This document shows positions 18,232 to 27,961 of a DNA stretch of 53,037 bases, piece by piece. The notes beneath the pieces are model-generated. The model was not told the origin of the DNA. It searched no databases and saw nothing but the letters and a program-made list of their open reading frames with translations. A program made the position numbers and the translations under genes. Origin of the DNA: a virus. Its lineage: Duplodnaviria; Caudoviricetes. Each line of letters begins with the position of its first letter. Position 1 is the stretch's first letter. The stretch is from the IMG/VR virus record IMGVR_UViG_3300032330_001444, positions 1 to 53,037 of that record; one strand, 5' to 3'.

Positions 18232-20403
18232 ATGAACTTTAAATCACTGATTAACGATATTTGTTGTGACGGTCGTATTAAGGACGGGGTTTTTGACGTT
18301 AAAAATCAAGAACATGTTTTTGTATTGCAAGAATACCTAGAAAAGCTTGGATACGATGTTAATTTTGTAGTCGATAAAACTTCTAATCTATTTGAAGCTG
18401 GTAGATTCCCAGATCGACAAGCATATAACAAAGACGGTATACTTGTCACATTTCCGAGCAAAGAATATCGTGATCGTGCTGTAAATAAAGGCACTCATTT
18501 TGCTGAAAATCCTAAAAAAGCTCAAGCAAATATTTTTACAGAACCCCCTGTGGATATTAAAGCGGGTGGAGATGCAAAATCTGATACGTCAAAAGAAGAT
18601 GACAAAGAAGAAACTGTTCCAATTGATCAAGCATTAGACAGAAAGATAGTTGATACAGATCAAGATAAAAGAACACCTAAAGAAAAACAATTAGATGCAC
18701 TAGCTATACAATCTGTGTTGATTGGTCAAACTCCGTTAGTAAATTATAGCGTAGACGAAGCTAAAAGATGTGGATTTTATAAAAAAGGTTTTAATTGGTA
18801 CGACACCGAAGGTAACTTGATTGGGGAACAAGTATATGACGAATCAAGAAAAACCACAGTAATAAAAAAAAGTATAAGTGAATCAACTGCTTTAAAATAT
18901 AACAAAGACTTGTTTAAAATTGCAAAAGACATTTTATTTTATGAGCCGGTAGCTGGAACAGATGATGCTGGAAAAACTATACCACCTGAACTTTATTTCC
19001 AAAAAGTATTCGAAACTACTAATTTCGATACGTTTAAATTTCCAAGAGGAAGAGATGTACAATTTACATTTGTTGACTTTGACAAATATCTATCCACAAA
19101 CAATGTAAATTTAGTACCAGCTTCTACATATGTAAAAATTAGAAGTTTATCAGATGAACGGTTAATTCAGTATAATAAGAACGACGCACAAACAATTGCA
19201 GTATTGTCTGCTTTGTATAAAAAGTACAAAAACAAGTTTGTATCTAAAGCTAATAGTGATATGGATAAATCTTGTCCTGCTAGAGAGATGGAAAACTATA
19301 TAGGCGAAGAATTTAATACCCCTCAAGGATCAAAAAACGCAGTTGCTAAAAAGATTGCGGATAAATTAAAAACAGGTAAATACAAAGAAATTAGCGCTCC
19401 AGTCAAAGCTATAGAAATACTTGGTTCTACCGGATGTAAATTATCCGAAGAGTTTGCGGGTATATCAAAGATATCTAAAACCGATTTAATCATTAACGGC
19501 AACATAAAATGTAGTGCAAAAAAAGCTGGCGGAGCACAAATTGCATCTTCACAACATAAAGAATTAACTACTGTTATTTCCGCTGTATTAAAAGATTTTC
19601 CCGATATTAAAAACAAGATAGTTGCAAATATTACACAAACACTTGCTCAGTTGATGGAGAAGTCGTTTTACTATGATCATGCAGCTGTTATAAATAAAAA
19701 CTTGACAACGTTGTCAACCACCAATGATCAAAAGAAAACTAAGGATGCTGTAAATAATTTAGTATCGTTGATTAAAAGTCCAGATGCAGTTAACGAAATC
19801 AACATAGAAGAAAAAGAAATGCATCAGATGTTGGGTGAATTAAATAAGATTTTTACCGAAGATAAATACAAAAAAGCATTGTTGAGAGAATTTTCTACCG
19901 GCGAAAAAAGATTTGCTGCTGGGGAAAAATGTGTAGCTGATCACATTATGACATGGGATTGTCAAGGAGATTGCTTGATTTACACAGTAAATGAATTCAT
20001 TGACGATAACTATAATAAAATTAAATTCGGTGTACGTGATAGAGGAAATGAACGTGGTGGATCACTTAGAATTGGTATTCTAAAAGAAGAATATGATGAA
20101 ACTGACTATCTTTTATTGGAAAATCAAATAATAGAAGAAAGTTTAATGTCATTTATTAATAATTTAGGAGCTGAATTTAAAAACATAGTACAAAACAGTT
20201 CGGAGTTTGTAAAAAATCTATCTGCATCCGCTAAAAGTGCATTAAATGTGTTCTATAACAAAATAAAAGAATTTTTCAAACGAATGGTTATAAAAATATC
20301 AATTACCGTTAAACAAATTTTAGATAAAGGGTTTGAGTATTTTGCAAATTATTTTGATATGGAGCCTGAAATTGACGGTAAATTTGAATTTGAAATACCA
20401 TGA
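18232..20403 (+). CDS. Large late protein with a putative PD-(D/E)xK-like nuclease segment
   Basis: Two TATTTATA motifs upstream; SKTDLII....KCSAKK.GG.Q motif resembles restriction-fold active sites. Confidence 0.45.
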   Translation: MNFKSLINDICCDGRIKDGVFDVKNQEHVFVLQEYLEKLGYDVNFVVDKTSNLFEAGRFPDRQAYNKDGILVTFPSKEYRDRAVNKGTHFAENPKKAQANIFTEPPVDIKAGGDAKSDTSKEDDKEETVPIDQALDRKIVDTDQDKRTPKEKQLDALAIQSVLIGQTPLVNYSVDEAKRCGFYKKGFNWYDTEGNLIGEQVYDESRKTTVIKKSISESTALKYNKDLFKIAKDILFYEPVAGTDDAGKTIPPELYFQKVFETTNFDTFKFPRGRDVQFTFVDFDKYLSTNNVNLVPASTYVKIRSLSDERLIQYNKNDAQTIAVLSALYKKYKNKFVSKANSDMDKSCPAREMENYIGEEFNTPQGSKNAVAKKIADKLKTGKYKEISAPVKAIEILGSTGCKLSEEFAGISKISKTDLIINGNIKCSAKKAGGAQIASSQHKELTTVISAVLKDFPDIKNKIVANITQTLAQLMEKSFYYDHAAVINKNLTTLSTTNDQKKTKDAVNNLVSLIKSPDAVNEINIEEKEMHQMLGELNKIFTEDKYKKALLREFSTGEKRFAAGEKCVADHIMTWDCQGDCLIYTVNEFIDDNYNKIKFGVRDRGNERGGSLRIGILKEEYDETDYLLLENQIIEESLMSFINNLGAEFKNIVQNSSEFVKNLSASAKSALNVFYNKIKEFFKRMVIKISITVKQILDKGFEYFANYFDMEPEIDGKFEFEIP

Positions 20404-20792
20404 TACAAAAACAATTGCTTTGTACATTTTCTAATAGTACTCAATACACAGATGTATTGAACGAAATACCACAACAATATAAATTAATCGATAACAAGAT
20501 CTTTATATTTGCGAATGAAAACAACCCTCGGGAACTATATCTAACATTCAACGTAGAAAAAGGTGAACATATTAATCGATATAAAGGTACCATAAGTATT
20601 CATCGCAAAAAACAAACAAATACACTCTATACACTCAACGCGATGAATAAGTTAATTGCTGATGAAAATGGTGGAGTATTTGATAAAAGCTTTCAGTTAA
20701 ATTGGGAACTATATAAAAACAGTATTATACTAACCAACGAAATTGGTGTAAAAATAGTTTCATTAAAGTTGTTTTCTATCTACAATGTTTGA
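20400..20792 (+). CDS. Hypothetical phage protein
   Basis: 130 aa, QLLCTF, IHRKKQTNTLYTLNAMN; ATGA overlap. Confidence 0.7.
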   Translation: MIQKQLLCTFSNSTQYTDVLNEIPQQYKLIDNKIFIFANENNPRELYLTFNVEKGEHINRYKGTISIHRKKQTNTLYTLNAMNKLIADENGGVFDKSFQLNWELYKNSIILTNEIGVKIVSLKLFSIYNV

Positions 20793-20806
20793 TATATATT
20801 TTTGAC

Positions 20807-20835
20807 TTGATTTCGGTTTGTACTTAGTGTACACT
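20807..20835 (+). promoter_or_regulatory. Sigma70-type promoter for SSB
   Basis: TTGATT-N17-TACACT. Confidence 0.5.
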
Positions 20836-20915
20836 GATTTTAGGTTGGTTATAAACCGAGTCGAGTGATTCGGTTAAAATAATTAACTAATTAACAATTA
20901 AAAATTAAATAAATT

Positions 20916-21749
20916 ATGGCATTAGACATTAGTAAGCTAAAGAGTCGTTTGAACTCTCTTTCAAACACAAATCAAAAATCTAACTTGATTTGGAAGCCAA
21001 AGCCAGGCAAACAAGTGGTTCGTATCGTTCCCTACAAGTATGAACCTGATAATCCGTTTATTGAATTAAAGTTCCATTATAACATCAACAACAAGACTTA
21101 TCTATCTCCTGATAGTTTTGGTCGTCCTGATCCAATCGTTGAGTTTAGCAACCGTTTGAAGAAGACTGGTTCCAAGGAAGATTGGCAGATGGGTCGTAAG
21201 ATGGAACCCAAGATGCGTACTTTTGCTCCTGTAATCGTTCGTGGTGAAGAGCATGAAGGCGTTAAGTTCTGGGGATTTGGTAAGCAAGTTTATCAAGAAC
21301 TTCTTTCAATCATCAGTGATCCTGATTTCGGTGATATTACCGATCTAACTAGTGGTCGTGATATTGTAGTTGAGTTTAAGACAGCTGAAGGCGGAGCAAG
21401 TTTCCCAGAAACTAGCATTCGTGTTAAGCCAAATGTTAGTGTTGCTGTCGATCCAAAGAACGCACAGTTGCTTGAGGCACTAAAGTCACAAGTAAACATT
21501 CTGGATCTATTTCCAGAACTATCATATGAAGAACTCAAGGAAGTTATGGATAAATGGTTGAATCCAGATGCTGAAACTGCAGATGGTACTGTTCCAACAG
21601 CATCCGCTGCAACTTCTGCTGCTGATGACGATGAAGCTCCATTTGCTACACCAGCAAAGGCTGCTTCAACGCCTTCCTCGCCAACTGCTGCTAAAGCAAA
21701 GGGTAAGGATAATGTAGAACAAGCATTTGATGACTTGTTTAACTCCTAA
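20916..21749 (+). CDS. Single-stranded DNA-binding protein (T4 gp32-like)
   Basis: WKP..G...VRIVP, PF.E..FHY, FWGFGK.VY..L, DITD...GRDI, acidic C-terminal tail ending FDDLFNS; adjacent to recA. Confidence 0.8.
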   Translation: MALDISKLKSRLNSLSNTNQKSNLIWKPKPGKQVVRIVPYKYEPDNPFIELKFHYNINNKTYLSPDSFGRPDPIVEFSNRLKKTGSKEDWQMGRKMEPKMRTFAPVIVRGEEHEGVKFWGFGKQVYQELLSIISDPDFGDITDLTSGRDIVVEFKTAEGGASFPETSIRVKPNVSVAVDPKNAQLLEALKSQVNILDLFPELSYEELKEVMDKWLNPDAETADGTVPTASAATSAADDDEAPFATPAKAASTPSSPTAAKAKGKDNVEQAFDDLFNS

Positions 21750-21760
21750 AAAATAAAAAT

Positions 21761-21795
21761 AAGCCGGTGGAGTTTTTATACCCCACCGGCTTTCT
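21761..21795 (+). terminator. Rho-independent terminator-like hairpin
   Basis: AAGCCGGTGG / CCACCGGCTT stem with a short T tract after SSB. Confidence 0.6.
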
Positions 21796-21808
21796 AGTTA
21801 TATACGTT

Positions 21809-22951
21809 ATGGCAAAAAAAAGTGTTACAAAAGATACAACGGGTCAACGTGACGAATTAGTTGAGTTGTTAGCAAATGAACTAAACAAAGCAAATAAAGA
21901 CGGTGGCAAGATTGCTTATTTCCTAGATGAACAGGAAAATCCAGCGGAAATTAGCGATTGGATTAGTACAGGTTCTTCTATTCTGGATCTAGCAATTAGT
22001 AACCGTCCTCATGGAGGTTTGCCTGTTGGTAAGATGATTGAATTCAACGGATTGGAAGGAACTGGTAAAAGTCTAGTTTCTGCACACGTTGTTGCTGACA
22101 CTCAAAGAAAAGGTGGAGTCGCTGTAGTAATTGATACTGAAAACGCAGCTGCGCCTGAGTTCTGGAAGAGTCTTGGTGTAGACTTGTCTAAGTTACTATA
22201 TGTTCAATGTGAAACCGTTGAAGATATTTTTGCTCAGATGGAGAAGATGATCGCAATTGTTCGTAAGAGCAACAAAGATCGTATTCTAACAATTATTGTT
22301 GATTCTGTAGCAGCAGCATCAACAAAGGCAGAACTTGAGAGTGACCATGGTAAGGATGGTTACGCAACTGGTAAATCAATCATTATCAGTAAAGCGATGC
22401 GTAAGATTACTACTATGATCGGTCGTCAGAAGGTTCTTACTGTATTCACTAACCAATTACGTCAGAACCTAAATGCTATGGCATTTGGTGACAAGTACGT
22501 GGTAAGTGGTGGTAAAGCACTTGCTTATCATTGTAGTGTTCGTGTTCGTCTTAACAACACCGGTAAACTCAAGAGGGGTGAGGAAATCATCGGTAATGAG
22601 TGTAAAGCAGTTGTTGTGAAGAACCGTATGGGACCACCACAACGTCAAGCAAATTTCGATATCTATTTTGATAGCGGTATTGCTGATTATGGTAGTTGGG
22701 TTAAAGTTCTAAAAGAACAAGGTCTAATTAAACAAGGTGGTGCTTATTACACATACAAGAAGGACAATGGATCGGAATGGAAGTTTCAATCCAAAGACTT
22801 TGTAACCACAATGCAGACTGACAAAGAATTGGGTGAAGAAATTTACTTGAAGATTTGTGATGCTGTAATTATGAAATACAAAGATCCTAATAGTCAAATC
22901 GTTGAGGATGCTGTAGTAGATACAGAAGAAGAAACTGCTGGTAACGAATAA
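21809..22951 (+). CDS. recA: RecA/UvsX recombinase (ATG at 21809 preferred over the GTG at 21767, which lies in the terminator)
   Basis: ISTGS..LD.AI, GGLP.G, Walker A GLEGTGKS, IDTE, IVDSVAA, FTNQLR, GGKAL.Y..SVR. Confidence 0.92.
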   Translation: MAKKSVTKDTTGQRDELVELLANELNKANKDGGKIAYFLDEQENPAEISDWISTGSSILDLAISNRPHGGLPVGKMIEFNGLEGTGKSLVSAHVVADTQRKGGVAVVIDTENAAAPEFWKSLGVDLSKLLYVQCETVEDIFAQMEKMIAIVRKSNKDRILTIIVDSVAAASTKAELESDHGKDGYATGKSIIISKAMRKITTMIGRQKVLTVFTNQLRQNLNAMAFGDKYVVSGGKALAYHCSVRVRLNNTGKLKRGEEIIGNECKAVVVKNRMGPPQRQANFDIYFDSGIADYGSWVKVLKEQGLIKQGGAYYTYKKDNGSEWKFQSKDFVTTMQTDKELGEEIYLKICDAVIMKYKDPNSQIVEDAVVDTEEETAGNE

Positions 22952-22964
22952 TAATACATTAATT

Positions 22965-23010
22965 GTTTTCCACACAGTCTAATATAGATGACTGTGTGGA
23001 AAACTTTCAT
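22965..23010 (+). terminator. Perfect 15-bp inverted repeat (terminator or regulatory hairpin)
   Basis: GTTTTCCACACAGTC (22965-22979) / GACTGTGTGGAAAAC (22990-23004), followed by TTTCATT. Confidence 0.65.
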
Positions 23011-23045
23011 TCGACTAAGATTTATTTAATACAAACATTCATTAA

Positions 23046-23174
23046 ATGAGCAACTTTGACAACAAAGAAATGAAGAAGTTATTTTCTTTATTTCAAAACA
23101 TAGAAAGCGATTCCGTCACCGGAGGACTTAAAAAATCACTTAATAGTGATGTCCTTTTGGTTGACGGATTGTAG
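23046..23174 (+). CDS. N-terminal 42-aa segment of the 5'-3' exonuclease (ends ...SDVLLVDGL*)
   Basis: Read by hand from ATG 23046: MSNFDNKEMKKLFSLFQNIESDSVTGGLKKSLNSDVLLVDGL-TAG; not in the ORF track. Confidence 0.8.
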   Translation: MSNFDNKEMKKLFSLFQNIESDSVTGGLKKSLNSDVLLVDGL

Positions 23175-24118
23175 TGAATACTTACATTAGAAGTTTTATG
23201 GCTATTCCTTCACTCAATGAAGATGGACTACATACTGGTGGTATTGCTGGATTTCTGAAGAGTATTGGATATGCAATTAAATTGCTTTCTCCTACCAGAG
23301 TTATTATTGTATTTGATGGTAAAGGCGGTAGCCAGAAACGTAGAAAGATTTATCCAGATTACAAAAATGGCAGAAAGACAGATATTAAACTTAATCGTAA
23401 TTATGAAGAATTATCTTCTTCACAAATTGAATCGGTTAATTTTAAAAAAGAATTGATTCGTACTGTAAATTATTTGGATACATTGCCTGTAACAGTTATG
23501 GCAATTGATCAAATAGAAGCAGACGATACAATTGCTTATCTGGCTAAAGATACTTTTAAAGACAACAATGTAACCATTATGTCTACAGATAAAGATTTCC
23601 TGCAGTTGGCAAGTGACAAAATTAAAATCTGGAGTCCAACCAAGAAGAAAGTTTTTGGATGTAAAGAAATATTGGATGAATATGGTATCACTTGTAACAA
23701 CTTCATCTTTTATAGAATTATGGAAGGTGATGTTAGTGATAATATTCCTGGTTTGGATGGTGTTGGATTGAAAAGAGTGGTTAAAGCATTTCCGTTTTTA
23801 TCAGATGGAAATCAAGCTTGTTTACAACAAATTTATAACTACTCTGAAAATCATCGGGGAGAATATAAAATTTATGAAACTGTATTGAGTAATAAACTAT
23901 TGATTGGTCGCAATTATGAATTGATGCAGTTACATAATACACAGATTCAATCTTTTACACAACTACGTGTAGAAGAAATAATAAATACTCCCGTTAGAAA
24001 AATTGATAAAATTAGTTTCTCAAAACTAATTACAGAAGACAAAATGTGGAACAACATTCCTAATTACCATATCTGGTTAAATGATTGTTTCGGTAAATTA
24101 AATAGTTTCGTAGAATAA
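23174..24118 (+). CDS. 5'-3' flap exonuclease / T4 RNase H-like, main body (gene interrupted)
   Basis: NTYIRSF, VFDGKGG...R...Y..YK..R, EADD.IA, STDKDFLQL, GDVSDNIPG..GVG.K. Confidence 0.88.
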   Translation: MNTYIRSFMAIPSLNEDGLHTGGIAGFLKSIGYAIKLLSPTRVIIVFDGKGGSQKRRKIYPDYKNGRKTDIKLNRNYEELSSSQIESVNFKKELIRTVNYLDTLPVTVMAIDQIEADDTIAYLAKDTFKDNNVTIMSTDKDFLQLASDKIKIWSPTKKKVFGCKEILDEYGITCNNFIFYRIMEGDVSDNIPGLDGVGLKRVVKAFPFLSDGNQACLQQIYNYSENHRGEYKIYETVLSNKLLIGRNYELMQLHNTQIQSFTQLRVEEIINTPVRKIDKISFSKLITEDKMWNNIPNYHIWLNDCFGKLNSFVE

Positions 24119-24139
24119 AAAAATGTCGGTTAATAAAAG

Positions 24140-24168
24140 TTGAAGATCACTGAATTCAGTGGTATAGT
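24140..24168 (+). promoter_or_regulatory. Sigma70-type extended -10 promoter
   Basis: TTGAAG-N17-TATAGT preceded by TGG. Confidence 0.55.
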
Positions 24169-24179
24169 AGAGTTATCTT

Positions 24180-25562
24180 ATGGAAAACAAAAAAGCAATT
24201 GATTCATTAACAAAATACGGCCGTGACTTCCAAATCAAGTGTATTTCATGCTTAATATCTGATCGTTCGTTTATTGAACGCATCAACGATATTATCGAAG
24301 TAGATTTTTTTGAAAGTGATGCAAATAAGTGGGTTGTAAAAGAAAGTATTAAGTATTTTAACGAATACAAAGATCTTCCAACTTTAACAGTTTTTAAAAT
24401 TAAAGTTGATGAAGTGAATGATGAACTTCTAAAGAGAAGTATCGTTGATAATCTCAAATTAGTTTATCAAAAAGTAAGTGATAACGATTTGAAATTTGTT
24501 AAAGAACAGTTCTTGGAGTTCTGCAAAAACCAGAAATTAAAGAACGCAATTATTGAAAGTGCAGATTTATTAGCACTCGGTCAATATGAAAAGATCAAAA
24601 ACGTAGTTGATCATGCAATGAAAGCTGGTATGGAACGTAATATCGGCCACGATTATACCGAAGACGTTGAAAAACGTATGAGTGTAATGAGTCGTAATTG
24701 TGTCAAGACTAATTGGACTGAAATTGATACAATCATGGACGGTGGATTGGCTGCTGGCGAACTAGGTATTATTACAGCTTGTGCTGGTAGTGGTAAGAGT
24801 TGGGTACTATCTAAGTTGGGCGCTGAAGCAATGAAGCAGGGTAAGAATGTAGTTCATTTTACTCTTGAATTGAATGAAAATTATGTGGGTCTTCGTTATG
24901 ACGCTTGTTTTACTGGAATTGATTTCCAAAACATTCGTAACAACGTTGATATCGTAAAGCAGAAGATTGCGGATGTTCCGGGTAAACTAAAGATCAAATA
25001 CTTTCCAATCAAGACAGTTAGTGCTTATAGTTTGAAAGCACATTGTGAACGATTGGCTGTACTTGGTACTAAAGTAGATATGATTATTGTTGACTATGCT
25101 GATATTCTACGTCCGTCACAGAGTGAACGTAACAGTAACAGTTACAGTGAAGCTGGTGGTATTTATGAAGAACTTCGTGGTGTAGCTGGTGAATTGCAAG
25201 TTCCTATTTGGAGTGCTTCACAGAGTAACCGAGCTGCTATGGATGAAGATATTATTCAAGCCAACAATATTGCTGATAGTTATCGTAAGATTATGACAGC
25301 TGACTTCGTTATGAGTCTAAGTCGTAAAGTTAACGATAAACAGGCAAATACAGCCCGATTCCACGTAATCAAGAATCGTTTCGGTCCAGATGGTTTGACA
25401 TTTCCAAGTAAAATGAACGCTGGTTGTGGTCATATCGAAATCTATGGAGAAAATAGCCGTGAGGGTATGAGTATCTTGAATGAGATGATGGATGGTGAAA
25501 ATCAAGTCAAGAAAGCTCTAAAATCCAAGTGGAACGTGCATAATAACGATGACGAAGAATAA
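24180..25562 (+). CDS. dnaB: Replicative DNA helicase (DnaB/T4 gp41-like)
   Basis: GGL..GEL, Walker A AGSGKS, TLEL, IIVDYAD, SASQ.NR, ADS..K...AD, KNRFGPDG. Confidence 0.9.
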   Translation: MENKKAIDSLTKYGRDFQIKCISCLISDRSFIERINDIIEVDFFESDANKWVVKESIKYFNEYKDLPTLTVFKIKVDEVNDELLKRSIVDNLKLVYQKVSDNDLKFVKEQFLEFCKNQKLKNAIIESADLLALGQYEKIKNVVDHAMKAGMERNIGHDYTEDVEKRMSVMSRNCVKTNWTEIDTIMDGGLAAGELGIITACAGSGKSWVLSKLGAEAMKQGKNVVHFTLELNENYVGLRYDACFTGIDFQNIRNNVDIVKQKIADVPGKLKIKYFPIKTVSAYSLKAHCERLAVLGTKVDMIIVDYADILRPSQSERNSNSYSEAGGIYEELRGVAGELQVPIWSASQSNRAAMDEDIIQANNIADSYRKIMTADFVMSLSRKVNDKQANTARFHVIKNRFGPDGLTFPSKMNAGCGHIEIYGENSREGMSILNEMMDGENQVKKALKSKWNVHNNDDEE

Positions 25563-25664
25563 TTGATAGTATGTAACACACAAAAAGCGTACAAATAAAT
25601 TATTAAAAAAGTTATAATCTAAACACAAAATGAACTATCTACAAGATAGTTATTTTTTACCCAT

Positions 25665-27950
25665 ATGAATAAAGAAATTTTTATAAAGAAAAGAAATGGT
25701 AACACTGAAAAGTTCAACGCAGATAAAATCAATAAGATTTTACAATGGGCTACAGAAGACATAAAAGGTGTTGGTTTTGAAGAAGTAGCGATGAATGCAC
25801 ATTTGTCGTTCTTTGATGGAATGACATCCAAAGACATTCACGCAATGTTAATTGAAGCTTCCGCAAATCTTATTACAGAAGAGAAGCCTAATTATCAATT
25901 CGTAGCGTCTCGTTTGTTGAATTATCAATTGAGAAAGAATGTTTGGGGTGGTAAAAATCCTCCTAAACTACATGATCTAGTTAAAACTAATATTGATGCA
26001 TTGGTTTATGACTCATCTATTCTTGATTGGTATAGTAAACAAGAGTTTGATAAGCTAGATGAATATCTAAAGCATGATCGTGATTTTAATTTCACGTATG
26101 CTGGTATAAAACAGTTGTGTGATAAGTATTTGGTACAAAACAGAGTTACCAAAGTAATTTATGAAACTCCACAGTTTGCTTATATGCTTATTGCAATGAC
26201 ATTCTTTAAGGATTATAAAGAAAATAGAATTGAGTATGTAAAGAAAGCATATAACTATTTTAGTAAGCATAAGATCAATTTACCCACACCAATTATGGCA
26301 GGCGTAAGAACTCCTATGAAGAGTTATGCTAGTTGTTCTCTATTCACTGTAGATGATGATCTTCGTAGTATTTTCAGCAACAATAGCGCTGTTGGATTTG
26401 CTACAGCTAGTCGATATGGCATTGGTTTGAATTTATCAAGACTACGTGCTACTAATGCTCCTATTCGTAATGGCGAAGTGGTACACACAGGTCCAATTCC
26501 ATTTGCTAAAGCATTTGAATCTACTGTGAAGAGTTGTCATCAAAATGGTATTCGTGGTGGTAGTGCAACTGTAAACTTTGCTTGGTTCCATTATGATATT
26601 CTAGATATTCTCGTACTAAAAAATAATCAAGGTACTGACGATAACCGAGTTCGTAAGTTGGATTATTGCGTTGGTTTGGATAAGTTAATCTTTGAACGTT
26701 TCTTGAAGAATCAAGATGTAACACTATTTAGTTATCACGAATGTCCATCACTATGGAATACTTTTGGTATGGAAGGCTTTAAAGAAAAGTATGAAAAGGC
26801 TGAAGCTAACAAGAACATTAAGTTCAAGAAGAAGGTACCTGCTCGTGAATTGATGGGACTACTTGCCAAAGAACGTCTTGAAACAGGACGTATTTATACA
26901 ATGTTCGTTGATCACGCAAATGAACACGGTAGTTGGTTGGATCAAGTGGATACAAGTAATTTATGTCTTGAAGTCAATCACCCATTGATTCCTATTTATG
27001 ATGTTAATGATCCAAATGGAGAAATTGGCGTTTGTGTATTGGCAGCATTGAATTGGTTGGAAATTAAAGATGATACTGAAATGGAAAATGTTTGTGATAT
27101 CATTGTCAGAATGTTGGATGCTTTGATTGATCATCAAGAATATTTCGTACCAGCAGCAAAGAATTTTGCTACTAAACGTCGTAGTCTTGGTGTAGGCGTA
27201 AGTAACTTGGCCGCTCTGTTGGCTAAAGAAGGATTAAAGTATTGGGATGCCAAGGCTCCAAACTTTGTAGCTCAATGGATGGAAAAGACAAGTTATTATC
27301 TAATCAAGGCCAGTGTTGAAATGGCAAAAGAGTTGGGTAAGTGTGAGAAGTTTGATCGTACCAAGTTTAGTCAAGGCATTCTTCCAATTGATACTTATAA
27401 GAGGGACGTTGATGAATTTATCACTGAACCTCTACATATGGATTGGGAAGCTCTAAGAGAAGAAATCAAGAAGTATGGTATGAGACACAGTACATTGACA
27501 GCGTGCATGCCTGTAGAATCTAGTAGTGTAATTCAAAGTAGTACCAATGGTATTGAACCACCACGTAGTGCTATTAGTTTCAAAGGAAGTAAGAGTAACA
27601 TTTTGCCTGTGGTAGTTCCCAATATCGACAAGTACAAGGATAATTATACTTTTGCTTTTGATATGCCAAGTAATGAAGGATATTTGAAGGTTGCATCTGC
27701 TATTCAGAAGTTCACAGATATGAGTATCAGCACCAACACTTACTATATTCCGTCACGTTATGAGAAGAATAAAGTGCCTGTAGAGGTTGTTATTAAAGAT
27801 ATTTTGTTGGCATATAAGTATGGATTGAAGAATCTATATTATGCTAATACAGATGACGGTGATAAGCAAACAGCTATGGAAACAAAAACTGTTGAAACAA
27901 AACCAGTAGTACAAGAATCCGGTTGTGAAAGCGGTGCTTGTGCTCTATAA
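25665..27950 (+). CDS. nrdA: Ribonucleotide reductase class Ia alpha subunit with ATP cone
   Basis: IKKRNG..E.F ATP cone, YETPQ, LPTP.MAG.RT, ASC, SNLCLE, MPVESSS, TNGIEP, LYY, C-terminal GCESGACAL. Confidence 0.95.
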   Translation: MNKEIFIKKRNGNTEKFNADKINKILQWATEDIKGVGFEEVAMNAHLSFFDGMTSKDIHAMLIEASANLITEEKPNYQFVASRLLNYQLRKNVWGGKNPPKLHDLVKTNIDALVYDSSILDWYSKQEFDKLDEYLKHDRDFNFTYAGIKQLCDKYLVQNRVTKVIYETPQFAYMLIAMTFFKDYKENRIEYVKKAYNYFSKHKINLPTPIMAGVRTPMKSYASCSLFTVDDDLRSIFSNNSAVGFATASRYGIGLNLSRLRATNAPIRNGEVVHTGPIPFAKAFESTVKSCHQNGIRGGSATVNFAWFHYDILDILVLKNNQGTDDNRVRKLDYCVGLDKLIFERFLKNQDVTLFSYHECPSLWNTFGMEGFKEKYEKAEANKNIKFKKKVPARELMGLLAKERLETGRIYTMFVDHANEHGSWLDQVDTSNLCLEVNHPLIPIYDVNDPNGEIGVCVLAALNWLEIKDDTEMENVCDIIVRMLDALIDHQEYFVPAAKNFATKRRSLGVGVSNLAALLAKEGLKYWDAKAPNFVAQWMEKTSYYLIKASVEMAKELGKCEKFDRTKFSQGILPIDTYKRDVDEFITEPLHMDWEALREEIKKYGMRHSTLTACMPVESSSVIQSSTNGIEPPRSAISFKGSKSNILPVVVPNIDKYKDNYTFAFDMPSNEGYLKVASAIQKFTDMSISTNTYYIPSRYEKNKVPVEVVIKDILLAYKYGLKNLYYANTDDGDKQTAMETKTVETKPVVQESGCESGACAL

Positions 27951-27961
27951 TAGGAGGACAT

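Noticed and set aside
25625-25660. NrdR box upstream of nrdA
   Set aside because: Only a short AACTATC/GATAGTT palindrome is present; it does not convincingly match the NrdR consensus.
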